IMG/VR virus record: IMGVR_UViG_3300020576_005257
Location: 64,001-128,000 of that record
Reading direction: 5' to 3' (one strand)
DNA from: a virus
Lineage: Duplodnaviria > Caudoviricetes
DNA length: 64,000 nt
This document shows, one piece after another, positions 55,561 through 64,000 of this stretch. Below the pieces are notes generated by a model. It worked only from the letters and a program-made list of their open reading frames with translations, was not told the origin of the DNA and did not search any database. The number at the start of each line of letters is the position of its first letter. Position 1 is the stretch's first letter. Both the position numbers and the translations under genes were made by a program.

Positions 55561-56640
55561 TTACAGGCTCAAAACTACCCTGTTAATAACTGGTGTCTTA
55601 TAGGTCGAAGTACTCACCAATTCTATTCTAGCTTTGTTAGCAGTTAAACTAGTAGACAGGTTTGCCAAGTCTTCTGGGTCTTTACCATAAATGGTTAAAC
55701 CATCAATAGTTCTAGAATCAGGGTCTTTTACAGTTAATGTTCCTGATTGACTATAAGAGTTACTCAGAACTTTTACATCATACAAACCAAATCTATAGTC
55801 TCCTTTTGGAGTCATTTTAAATCTAATTTGTGAAATGGGTTCTCCTTCTAAATAAATTCTCAAAGGACCAGCTGCTTCAATTTTCTGTGTCCCAGTGTTG
55901 TATCCAGGAACATAGCTGATATCAACATCAACCCACTCACCACCTAAGCCAGCTCCTGCTCTTTGGTATTGTACGCTTTCAATATCAGCTCCAAAAGCTG
56001 GGAATGGGTATAGTTCCAACACATTCGGATTTAGTCCTAAATACTGGAGAGGAGCTTTAATTTTAATCCATGCAGCTCTACCAGGAGCATCAATTAGCCA
56101 AACATTTTTTCTAAGCAGCATATCTAAGCCGTTAGAAGAATTAACGAAATCATAGTTTTGAGGAACAGCTTGAGTAGTATAGGATAATTGAACCTCGGAA
56201 GAAACCTGATTATTACCATAACTATCAGTATGTAGCAGTAAGTTAGTAGAACTAGTAATCGGCAAAGTCACATAGCCAAACAAGCTACTAACATCAGCAA
56301 CAGTATCACTTCCAGAAGTAGAGATATAATTACTGGTAAAGAAGTCTGCCATAACGAAACTAGAATCATCTAATAAAGTATCTACTCTAGAGTTAAGACT
56401 TGTCAATGGAGCATTTAGAGCCGCAGACTGAGCACTTGACGCATCAGCAATCCTAGTAGATCTATCTACCATTCTATTCAAGTAAACTAAAATGGATCCA
56501 ATGTCTTTAGTAATTAAGTCGTGAAACCTATTTAGCACACTACTGCTAGAAGATCCACCAGATTTAATCTTAGGGTAATCAATACTATCAACTAAGATGC
56601 CAGTAGTTTTAAGATTATTGTTGAAATTGTTGTTTGTCAT
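55561..56640 (-). CDS. probable virion (baseplate/tail) protein
   Basis: Helical N-terminus then beta-rich body ending TPVINRVVLSL, like its upstream neighbours. Confidence 0.55.
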   Translation of the reverse strand: MTNNNFNNNLKTTGILVDSIDYPKIKSGGSSSSSVLNRFHDLITKDIGSILVYLNRMVDRSTRIADASSAQSAALNAPLTSLNSRVDTLLDDSSFVMADFFTSNYISTSGSDTVADVSSLFGYVTLPITSSTNLLLHTDSYGNNQVSSEVQLSYTTQAVPQNYDFVNSSNGLDMLLRKNVWLIDAPGRAAWIKIKAPLQYLGLNPNVLELYPFPAFGADIESVQYQRAGAGLGGEWVDVDISYVPGYNTGTQKIEAAGPLRIYLEGEPISQIRFKMTPKGDYRFGLYDVKVLSNSYSQSGTLTVKDPDSRTIDGLTIYGKDPEDLANLSTSLTANKARIELVSTSTYKTPVINRVVLSL

Positions 56641-56644
56641 AGTA

Positions 56645-57589
56645 TTAATTAAACCATCTATTAGTGGCTTTTCTAGTTCGAAGTTCTTCGAAAAATTTAA
56701 CTTGAATAAGGCAATGTTGTACTTGGGCTATTTGGGCATCAGTAGGATAGATAGAATCAAAATTATCATCTACTTTTCTTTGTCCAACTTTGAGAGTTTC
56801 TGTTAAAGCCAAAATAATATAAAACAATTTTTGACCAAGTAAAATAAATTTAGTGGACTCTCTTGCCCCTCTGCTTCTATGGTTAATTCTGAAAGGTAAA
56901 TTAACTCCAGCAATTGTTCTGCTGGGTGGAAGGAAGAGATTTAAACCTGGCCCAGATCCTCCATTAATTGGGGGACCACCAACATCTACACCAGACTCAA
57001 CAACAACTCCACCAGTATTAGGAATAGGACCACTGCCAGTTGGATTATCTGTTCCACCAGGACCCCCTCCAGGACCACCAGATCCACCACCACCTGGATT
57101 ATGTGGTAAATCATTTCCTGATACGCCCACAATAACAGAAGTAGGATCCCTATCAATCTCAATACTCAAAGGATTTATAATCCTAATCCCACTAAAAATA
57201 GCAGTAAGATTTGCTACTTGAGAGTTATGGTAAGTTTGAGTAGGAGATGCGGCTAGGTTCTCATAAATATCATTACTAAAACCAGAAGTGGCAAGTTGGC
57301 TAAACTCTTGGCTAGATGGAAGATTAAAACCACCAGAATCATAGCTTACTGCATCAAGTGTTCTAGTACCCCCACCACTAGATCCAGGGACTCCTATATC
57401 CCCTCCAGAACTACCCCCAGAACTTCCTCCAGTGTCTCCCCCGTGTGGGATAGATGTACCTGTATTTGTACTAGAAGAACCCTCTCCTTCTCTAGATAAG
57501 TCTAAAACTTGATCATATTCTACGGTAATTTCTCCGTATCCTTCTCTAGGATCAAGATCTAATGGTAGGTTGTAAGAACTTCCTGGCAT
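56645..57589 (-). CDS. Gly/Pro/Ser low-complexity protein, probable virion component
   Basis: GGSSGGSSGG and PGGGGSGGPGGGPGG tracts. Confidence 0.6.
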   Translation of the reverse strand: MPGSSYNLPLDLDPREGYGEITVEYDQVLDLSREGEGSSSTNTGTSIPHGGDTGGSSGGSSGGDIGVPGSSGGGTRTLDAVSYDSGGFNLPSSQEFSQLATSGFSNDIYENLAASPTQTYHNSQVANLTAIFSGIRIINPLSIEIDRDPTSVIVGVSGNDLPHNPGGGGSGGPGGGPGGTDNPTGSGPIPNTGGVVVESGVDVGGPPINGGSGPGLNLFLPPSRTIAGVNLPFRINHRSRGARESTKFILLGQKLFYIILALTETLKVGQRKVDDNFDSIYPTDAQIAQVQHCLIQVKFFEELRTRKATNRWFN

Positions 57590-57591
57590 GT

Positions 57592-59835
57592 TTACCTCAA
57601 CGACACTTTATAATCTTGGAGAATAGGTCCTGTCTTTACCGTAGGTTCTTTTAATAAATCAAACCTAAGGTTTATACTAGAAATAGAAGGGTTATAGTCA
57701 GGTGAAGCCTTATACTCTATCTCATAAGCTGGCCCAGTTCCTTTTATGTATCCATCAATTGGTGATGTATACCAAGTATTAAAGAACACCCTAGTATTTG
57801 TAGAAGACCATGCCCAGTAATTAAAATCTTGTGGAATATTCCAAAGCAATTCAAATTCGGATACTGGTTTAGACTCTCCACTAGCAACTATTTTAGAAAT
57901 TGCAGCTTCGTCTTGGAAAGCAGGATCAAAGAAAGAGGGATATAAAGATAAGAACAAGAATGGTGGATATCCATTTGAACCTAAATCTTCCCCATAAATT
58001 TTGGGGTCTAGTGTGTGAACCATTATCTCTACTAGATTCCAGCCCCTCTTTAATGAGTAACTATAAGAACTTCCATTTTCTCCGATACCGTTAATACCGC
58101 CCTCAATATAACCACCATTTAAATCTTGAGAAGTATAAATGGTAAAAGGTTTAGATGCAGATACAACAGTAGTTCCATTAACAAATAAAGAAAAAGCACC
58201 GTAACTTCTATTTGTTTCGTTAAACGACCTAAAATTTCTAGACCTATACCCCTGCAAGAAGAAGAACTTAGCATAATCAACAAAATAATCCTTCTCAGAG
58301 AAAACATAAAACGAAGTTTTGTAAGTATGGTTTTGTTGGCAGATAGAAGTTACATCAGAACCATAAAGAAGAATAAAACCTAAATCAGAAAAATTCTGGT
58401 TTTCTACTTGATATTGAAAAGGAAGAATATCTCGTCCTTTAATAATCTGAGTAACTTGGCTAGAACCAGGTTTTAAGTAAAGTCGATTTGTTAAGGTTCG
58501 TTCATTAGAAGTAGGAACACTTAACCATGTTCTAAACTTCTTAATATCTTCTTGTTCAAAATCAGTTAGTTGAGGAACATGAGGCATTTCTCCAAGTGCT
58601 ACGTAATCTTTTTTAAAAGCACTTACTTCAACTTGATTTTTACCAATCAACATAATTCCTTCGGTAGGAGTAATGGGCACCTTATCTACAGGTACAGCAT
58701 AATAACCACCATCTTCAATCATATTATTTTTATTAAGTTTTACGATGGTTGTGTCATTAGTATTAATTGGAGTCCAAGTATTTTTAGTTAACTCCCTCCA
58801 GGTTGCTCCCACATCAAAGGACACAAAAGATTTAATCTTGGTTCCAGTAGGAATTTGTGAGTTAAAATCAATAAGCAATTCTGAATAGTTTATAGGGACA
58901 TCAATCGCTTTAGTATACAAAGAAGCAACATCACTTGTGTTCTCCGTATACAGTCTCATATTCCTGATTCCTACAGATTTAGGTAAAACTGCTGTAGCTG
59001 GTTGGTATCCAATACGTATTCTTCTAACTTGCTCTTGACCAATAATAAAAGTAGTTGTCTTATATATAATTTCACTGATAACTTGGCTAAACCCTTTACC
59101 AGTATCTACTTCAATAGTTAAAGTCATACCAAATCCAGTAGGATCTATTTGAAGACTGGAAATATTGTATGGTTTATCAAACTTAAAAGTGCCGTAATTA
59201 AATTCGTTACCAAGAATAAATAATCCCTTCCAACTAGTGCTTTCTAAACCATCTACAGCCATATCTGGCTTAGACCCTAACGAATCCGAACCAGTAGCCC
59301 ATTGGTAAGACTCAACAGTTATGTTGTTAGGAGTTATAGAAGAAGTTTGTAGTGCTGTTGGTAAAAATACAATACCTTCACTGGAATCGATCCAGGCTGT
59401 TGTCTGCAACATATCAATCATTGCAGTGTCATTAAAAGAATTACCAAAAACCCAAACTGATTGACTCTTGCTTTTAAATCCTTCTAATTCAGCAGTATGA
59501 GCAAGTAAGTTAGCTTTGTTTTTTAAATTTTGACTTCTAACCCAAAACTCGTTCTTTATATATCTAAGTTTCTCATTTACGATAATAGCAGATTGTATTC
59601 CAACTGCTAAATCTCTATTTGTATTTACAAAATACTTAGCTATTTTAGCAACATCAATATTATCTCCAACTTTTGGAGTATATGGTCTTGTTAAAGGTAG
59701 GCCATATTCACTTTTGGTTAAGTCACCTACAATTTTCTCAAAAGTCTCTGGGATAGAAACTAATTGAAAACGAGTTAATCCTTTTTTAGCGGCCTCGTCA
59801 AGTAAAACTAATTTTTGTACATTATCAATTAACAT
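57592..59835 (-). CDS. large probable virion (baseplate/tail) protein
   Basis: 747 aa; discoidin-like AVDGLESTSW; ends GPILQDYKV. Confidence 0.6.
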   Translation of the reverse strand: MLIDNVQKLVLLDEAAKKGLTRFQLVSIPETFEKIVGDLTKSEYGLPLTRPYTPKVGDNIDVAKIAKYFVNTNRDLAVGIQSAIIVNEKLRYIKNEFWVRSQNLKNKANLLAHTAELEGFKSKSQSVWVFGNSFNDTAMIDMLQTTAWIDSSEGIVFLPTALQTSSITPNNITVESYQWATGSDSLGSKPDMAVDGLESTSWKGLFILGNEFNYGTFKFDKPYNISSLQIDPTGFGMTLTIEVDTGKGFSQVISEIIYKTTTFIIGQEQVRRIRIGYQPATAVLPKSVGIRNMRLYTENTSDVASLYTKAIDVPINYSELLIDFNSQIPTGTKIKSFVSFDVGATWRELTKNTWTPINTNDTTIVKLNKNNMIEDGGYYAVPVDKVPITPTEGIMLIGKNQVEVSAFKKDYVALGEMPHVPQLTDFEQEDIKKFRTWLSVPTSNERTLTNRLYLKPGSSQVTQIIKGRDILPFQYQVENQNFSDLGFILLYGSDVTSICQQNHTYKTSFYVFSEKDYFVDYAKFFFLQGYRSRNFRSFNETNRSYGAFSLFVNGTTVVSASKPFTIYTSQDLNGGYIEGGINGIGENGSSYSYSLKRGWNLVEIMVHTLDPKIYGEDLGSNGYPPFLFLSLYPSFFDPAFQDEAAISKIVASGESKPVSEFELLWNIPQDFNYWAWSSTNTRVFFNTWYTSPIDGYIKGTGPAYEIEYKASPDYNPSISSINLRFDLLKEPTVKTGPILQDYKVSLR

Positions 59836-59839
59836 GTTC

Positions 59840-61906
59840 TTAGTTGGGAAGTCCCATAAGAGTATAGTGCTTCAAAATAGGGCTCTTAAATGGATCAAGA
59901 GGATTGCCTCTTATTACTGCCTTAAAATAAACAGTTTGGTTTGGTTCATTAGGAGTAAAAGATTGTTCCAAGGTTGTTTCACTTAATGACTTTACATTAT
60001 TCCATGTACTACCATCAACCGATAAGAAGAATGAAATCCAATCACCCTGTCCCCAATCAGAAGGAATATCATATTCAACAATCAAACCTATTTTCTTTAC
60101 AGGGACTGGAAATTCTCTTTTAACTGAAATAACTTCAGAATAATCTGAGTATGTGGTTCTGTTAAGAGTTATATCTCTAATAGCTACATATGATCTCCAA
60201 CCATTGAAAATATCATAACCATTTTCTTCATTTAAAGTTTTACGAGTAGTAGTAACTGCAAATCCTGTTTTTAAAACATCTGCTACTAACAAACCAGTAC
60301 CAATAACTGGTAGGGCTTTTGTTAAGAAGCTTCCTGCCTTACCAATAACAGAACCCAACCCTCCAAGACCCTTAATACCAGAAAGCAAACCAGAAATTTG
60401 AGTTAATTGGTTTTGACTACCAGCTCCACTTATCAAATTTAAAATCTTTTTGTTGGTACCAGTACCAGATAACAAACCACCTATACCGCCTCCTAACTGA
60501 AAGAGATCATTGAAGAAAGGTTGAGTTGTTCCTAAGAGATTTATTTCTTTTTTGTTGACAGTTAGTCCTAAAGGAGCTTCTGATATAGGTTTTCTTACCC
60601 ACTTATGAGTAGTGTTAGTTGAAGAAGTAATTAAATAACGTCTTTTGGTTTTTTGTTCAATATACTCTTCTTTAAATTGGTGCGCTAATCCTGTTTTTAC
60701 TTGATAAGGTTTCCCTTTAAATATAGCAACTACAGAAGTAATCTCTCTATTCGTCGGAACCGGGAATACACTTCCGATACTTGAAGAACCTGTACGACGT
60801 AAAATTTCTTTTTGTAAGGTTTGAGTAGATTTTGCTTGAATAGTAAGGTCAACATCTTTAGCTAGTAAAATAGATTGTCCTTCACAAATAACACTCAATT
60901 TTTCAAGTAGTACTTGGCCCTGTCCATCTCTTACAAAAGGAATAATTTTAACATCAGAAAGTGGTTGTGGTACTATAAGATCCATTCTGATTTCACAACT
61001 AGCATTATATTTGCTTCCACTAGTTGGATCCTCAAATTCCTCTAAGAACTCAGCCATATTGACCCCTTGTTTGTTAGGACCCAAGTCAACAAAACCATCA
61101 GGATATGTAATTGCTACTCGCCAATCATAATCACTAGTCTCTTTAACTATATCTTTCTTAGGGGAACCTGCACCATAAACCAAAGCTCTTCCTGCTCTTC
61201 TGAGGGGCTGAGTTTTAGGAATTAAGTTTCTTTCTATTTCAAACCAAGTCTGATTATTGTTATCTGAAATATTGCTAATATCTTTAACTTCTGCTTTTTC
61301 TAAAGTAGGAATAGGTGATACATCAACATTTGACAAAGACTTAGTATCCAAAAGAAGCATATTGCAGCCAGGAATACCAGCTAATCTTTCTCTTTCAATA
61401 TTAACGTCAACTAAATCAATAGTTTGTTGTGTAGATGGGTTTAATACAACCGACCCAGTATCGGTATCTATTAATGCTGAAGATTTGGAAGAATCAACAT
61501 AAACATTATCATTAAAACTATCACTAATCCACACATAGTTTTTTGCTTGATCTTGAGTTAAAGAGGTAACGTTTTGTACAGCATCAGAGGTAGTAGAAAT
61601 TATCTTCTCAGCATTCTCTAAATCGGACATAAAAGTGTTATTTATATCTACAAGATCTAAATAGATTAAATCTACAGCTTTAGCTAAGTCATTAACTTGA
61701 CCTACGCTCCATCTAAAATTATCTCCAACTAAATCATCAAGTTTAATTGGATCCGCTAAAGGAGCAATCGGACTAGGATTATTTTTAGCTCCAAGATTTA
61801 ATTCAACAAGAACCTTAAGTACACTTGACTCCAAGCCACCCCGATCAGCAGTGGTGAAATCAACATTTGATAATAATTGTTCTAATTGATCTAATTGGAA
61901 ACTCAT
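59840..61906 (-). CDS. large probable virion protein with an internal Gly-rich hydrophobic segment
   Basis: 688 aa; ISDNNNQTWFE; LSVDGSTW; ends SPILKHYTL. Confidence 0.6.
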   Translation of the reverse strand: MSFQLDQLEQLLSNVDFTTADRGGLESSVLKVLVELNLGAKNNPSPIAPLADPIKLDDLVGDNFRWSVGQVNDLAKAVDLIYLDLVDINNTFMSDLENAEKIISTTSDAVQNVTSLTQDQAKNYVWISDSFNDNVYVDSSKSSALIDTDTGSVVLNPSTQQTIDLVDVNIERERLAGIPGCNMLLLDTKSLSNVDVSPIPTLEKAEVKDISNISDNNNQTWFEIERNLIPKTQPLRRAGRALVYGAGSPKKDIVKETSDYDWRVAITYPDGFVDLGPNKQGVNMAEFLEEFEDPTSGSKYNASCEIRMDLIVPQPLSDVKIIPFVRDGQGQVLLEKLSVICEGQSILLAKDVDLTIQAKSTQTLQKEILRRTGSSSIGSVFPVPTNREITSVVAIFKGKPYQVKTGLAHQFKEEYIEQKTKRRYLITSSTNTTHKWVRKPISEAPLGLTVNKKEINLLGTTQPFFNDLFQLGGGIGGLLSGTGTNKKILNLISGAGSQNQLTQISGLLSGIKGLGGLGSVIGKAGSFLTKALPVIGTGLLVADVLKTGFAVTTTRKTLNEENGYDIFNGWRSYVAIRDITLNRTTYSDYSEVISVKREFPVPVKKIGLIVEYDIPSDWGQGDWISFFLSVDGSTWNNVKSLSETTLEQSFTPNEPNQTVYFKAVIRGNPLDPFKSPILKHYTLMGLPN

Positions 61907-61907
61907 T

Positions 61908-63977
61908 TTATGTTCCTTCTCTAAGCGGCGAGGCCGTTCCTTCTCTAGTTCTGAGATTTATTCCAAAAATTCTAGGCGTTGTATTAGCTCCAGAAGATCT
62001 GACTATAGTTACTTCTAGTCTAGGATTAACTCCTAAAGTCTCATACTCAACTGTAATTGTTGCTGGCATTTCCCCGTAGGCAAAAAAGTCTCTGGCAAAA
62101 ACAATGTCACCATCTGGTGTAATATAGTATTCAATAACTGGATAGTAATCATTATTAAGTGTATCAAAATTAGGTCTCTTTAGATTAGGAACCCTACCAG
62201 ATACATAATCAGTCATATTTCTACAAATTGGGAAAGTTTTAGATCCTAATACAACGTCATCAGTTGTAGTCGGAGTATTGATTAAACTTAAAGTATCTGC
62301 AAAATGAGAGTTCTCATTTGTTTTGTTTATATATTTGTAATCAGCAACTAATGTTTCATATCCCTCAGGCATACCGACTTTTAATACGATAACACCATTT
62401 GCACTATTGATACTATAATTATTTGGGGAGATTAAAAGTCTTTCGTGATCTTCGTTTACCCAATAGAGTTTAAACAAACTACCACCTGCTCCCTTAACAA
62501 TAGGTGAAAACTCAGTTCTATACGCAAGCAGCCCAGCTACAGTAGAAGTTTTAGTAGTTGTAAAGTCGCGTGACTTCGGTAACATTCTATTTGCTTTGAA
62601 TCTTTCATATTCTGCTAAGGCTGCTCTTAATATGACCCCAGAAATTCCCCCATCATTTTTTGGTTGAGTGGCTGCTGATATGGAATCATAATTAAAATTA
62701 ACATTAGACTTGTATGGTTTAAAGCCGTCACTGCTCTTTTGGAAGGAGTCAGAGAAATTATTTTTTGGTAGTGAGGCAAGTCTTCCACCAATCAAAGATC
62801 CTCCAAGAGTTGTAAAGTTTGAGTCTTTTCTAGTTGAGAGTGGGTTATTGAATTGACTAAAACCACCACCCTTTGAACCAAAATTACCTTGGAAAAGATC
62901 AATAATTTCTTTTAAGGTTTTTTCCCCGAGGAAAAATGTCTTACTAGAAGAACTAAATCTTCCCTGCCCAAATGCCCAAGGGACAGTTATATTGCCAAAC
63001 GTATGAGTAGGATTTCTAGTTAGAAAATCCTTGAAATAAGTAGAACTTAGATACTGCTCAAAGGTAATATAATCCGAATCTACTTCTACAGAAGTTTCAG
63101 TAATATCAGTTTTCTTTAAGATTTCGTTGACTGCTGTTCTAAGACCTACTGTATCTGGTTTACCATAAATATCTTGTGGAGCAGTCCATCTACTAGTGGC
63201 AACAGTAACCTTAATTGGAATATATCCTGGTGTAGTGATAATATCATCTTGCGAAATATTAATATCACTAGAGTTGGACCTAATATTTTCTCTCAGCAAC
63301 CCATCTCTAATACCCACAATATTCTCAGAATTAGGGTCAAAAAAGTTTGGCCAAATAGAATAAGTTTTGAACCAAGTATTTATAGTACGAATACTAGGCC
63401 TTCGTACATGAGTTACCTTGTTGAGCTGTATTCGACCATCTCTATCAGTACCTTCAAATACTTGTCTGACTTTAATAGGCTCACTAATAATTCGTAAAGG
63501 TGAATTAGTAGCCCATCCAGCAGCTTCTTCTTCGGGGGTAAAGATGCTTAAAATACTTCCTTCACTGTAGACAGCTCTACCGAAATTATCAGCATCGCCT
63601 ACTTTGTAAGGTTTTAAGGGAATTTTAAAGGTATCGTCTTTATCAAAGGGAATTACATAAAAACCAATCCCATTGGTATATAGATTGTCAATATCTACTG
63701 AAATCCAAATATTTCTAATTTCCTTTCTAGTTAGAAGAGGAATAGAAGTTAAAGTAGCCCTGGGGACATATTCTCTGTATCTTAAATCAAGTTCTCTTAA
63801 CCCAAATTTATATGCAAATACTGTTTGTCCAGGTCCAATAGAAGATAGGCTTTTCTTTGTACTATCTACTATATCCTGTAAAGTAGAATCAATATATTCT
63901 GGAAGGATGGTATTTGATATATTATCAGACTTAGATTTGTTCACATAGGACTCTCTACGAGGAGATGTTTGAGTCAA
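61908..63977 (-). CDS. large probable virion protein (may extend beyond the window edge)
   Basis: At least 689 aa; YKFGLRELDL; NYSINSANGVI; ends TPRIFGINL. Confidence 0.6.
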   Translation of the reverse strand: MTQTSPRRESYVNKSKSDNISNTILPEYIDSTLQDIVDSTKKSLSSIGPGQTVFAYKFGLRELDLRYREYVPRATLTSIPLLTRKEIRNIWISVDIDNLYTNGIGFYVIPFDKDDTFKIPLKPYKVGDADNFGRAVYSEGSILSIFTPEEEAAGWATNSPLRIISEPIKVRQVFEGTDRDGRIQLNKVTHVRRPSIRTINTWFKTYSIWPNFFDPNSENIVGIRDGLLRENIRSNSSDINISQDDIITTPGYIPIKVTVATSRWTAPQDIYGKPDTVGLRTAVNEILKKTDITETSVEVDSDYITFEQYLSSTYFKDFLTRNPTHTFGNITVPWAFGQGRFSSSSKTFFLGEKTLKEIIDLFQGNFGSKGGGFSQFNNPLSTRKDSNFTTLGGSLIGGRLASLPKNNFSDSFQKSSDGFKPYKSNVNFNYDSISAATQPKNDGGISGVILRAALAEYERFKANRMLPKSRDFTTTKTSTVAGLLAYRTEFSPIVKGAGGSLFKLYWVNEDHERLLISPNNYSINSANGVIVLKVGMPEGYETLVADYKYINKTNENSHFADTLSLINTPTTTDDVVLGSKTFPICRNMTDYVSGRVPNLKRPNFDTLNNDYYPVIEYYITPDGDIVFARDFFAYGEMPATITVEYETLGVNPRLEVTIVRSSGANTTPRIFGINLRTREGTASPLREGT

Positions 63978-64000
63978 ACAGAAACTAAATCTTGAGCTTG

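Noticed and set aside
56990-57450. Collagen-like repeat or DNA tandem repeat in the Gly/Pro-rich gene
   Set aside because: No sustained Gly-X-Y periodicity and no exact nucleotide repeat unit; simple low-complexity linker
270-63948. Antisense ORFs in the track (e.g. 270..563, 3072..3413, 17600..17971, 21430..21666, 28482..28724, 42177..42524, 56853..57221) and same-strand out-of-frame ORFs 18663..18845, 19761..19976 and 58119..58307
   Set aside because: They overlap well-supported genes, break the strict strand organisation or frame, and show no recognisable motifs; treated as shadow ORFs
1-64000. Stop-codon reassignment as the cause of the many short ORFs
   Set aside because: Conserved enzymes are full length in the standard code, TAA/TAG/TGA all end genes, and the short ORFs change frame via coupled start/stop overlaps

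Overview
AT-rich, gene-dense fragment of a large tailed dsDNA phage genome, probably a jumbo phage; no terminase, capsid, integrase, rRNA, tRNA or CRISPR array was recognised. Genes run on the + strand from 1 to about 35250 and on the - strand from about 35308 to 64000, converging on a 10-bp inverted repeat. The + arm carries a tandem array of about 10 divergent aromatic-rich microproteins around an orphan HicA-like gene, then nucleotide metabolism (GuaB-like, ThyX, dNMP kinase, dCMP deaminase, HD hydrolase). It continues with a Rad50/SbcC split at its zinc hook with Mre11 between the halves, a tail-fibre cluster, PolA, a GIY-YIG endonuclease, RecA, SSB, HIRAN, an intein-bearing class II ribonucleotide reductase behind a highly structured 197-nt leader, an RlmN-like radical SAM enzyme and a phosphodiester glycosidase. 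The - arm carries large virion-like proteins, two sigma-factor-like genes, a tandem double GroES, RemA, a sugar-synthesis/glycosyltransferase operon of about 11 kb, a PD-(D/E)XK nuclease, an amidase and a Ycf45-like ATPase. That operon includes an intein-split DegT aminotransferase and a 2OG-Fe(II) dioxygenase whose 5' end has been captured and replaced by a GIY-YIG endonuclease. All calls are from motif recognition by eye; no database search was run.
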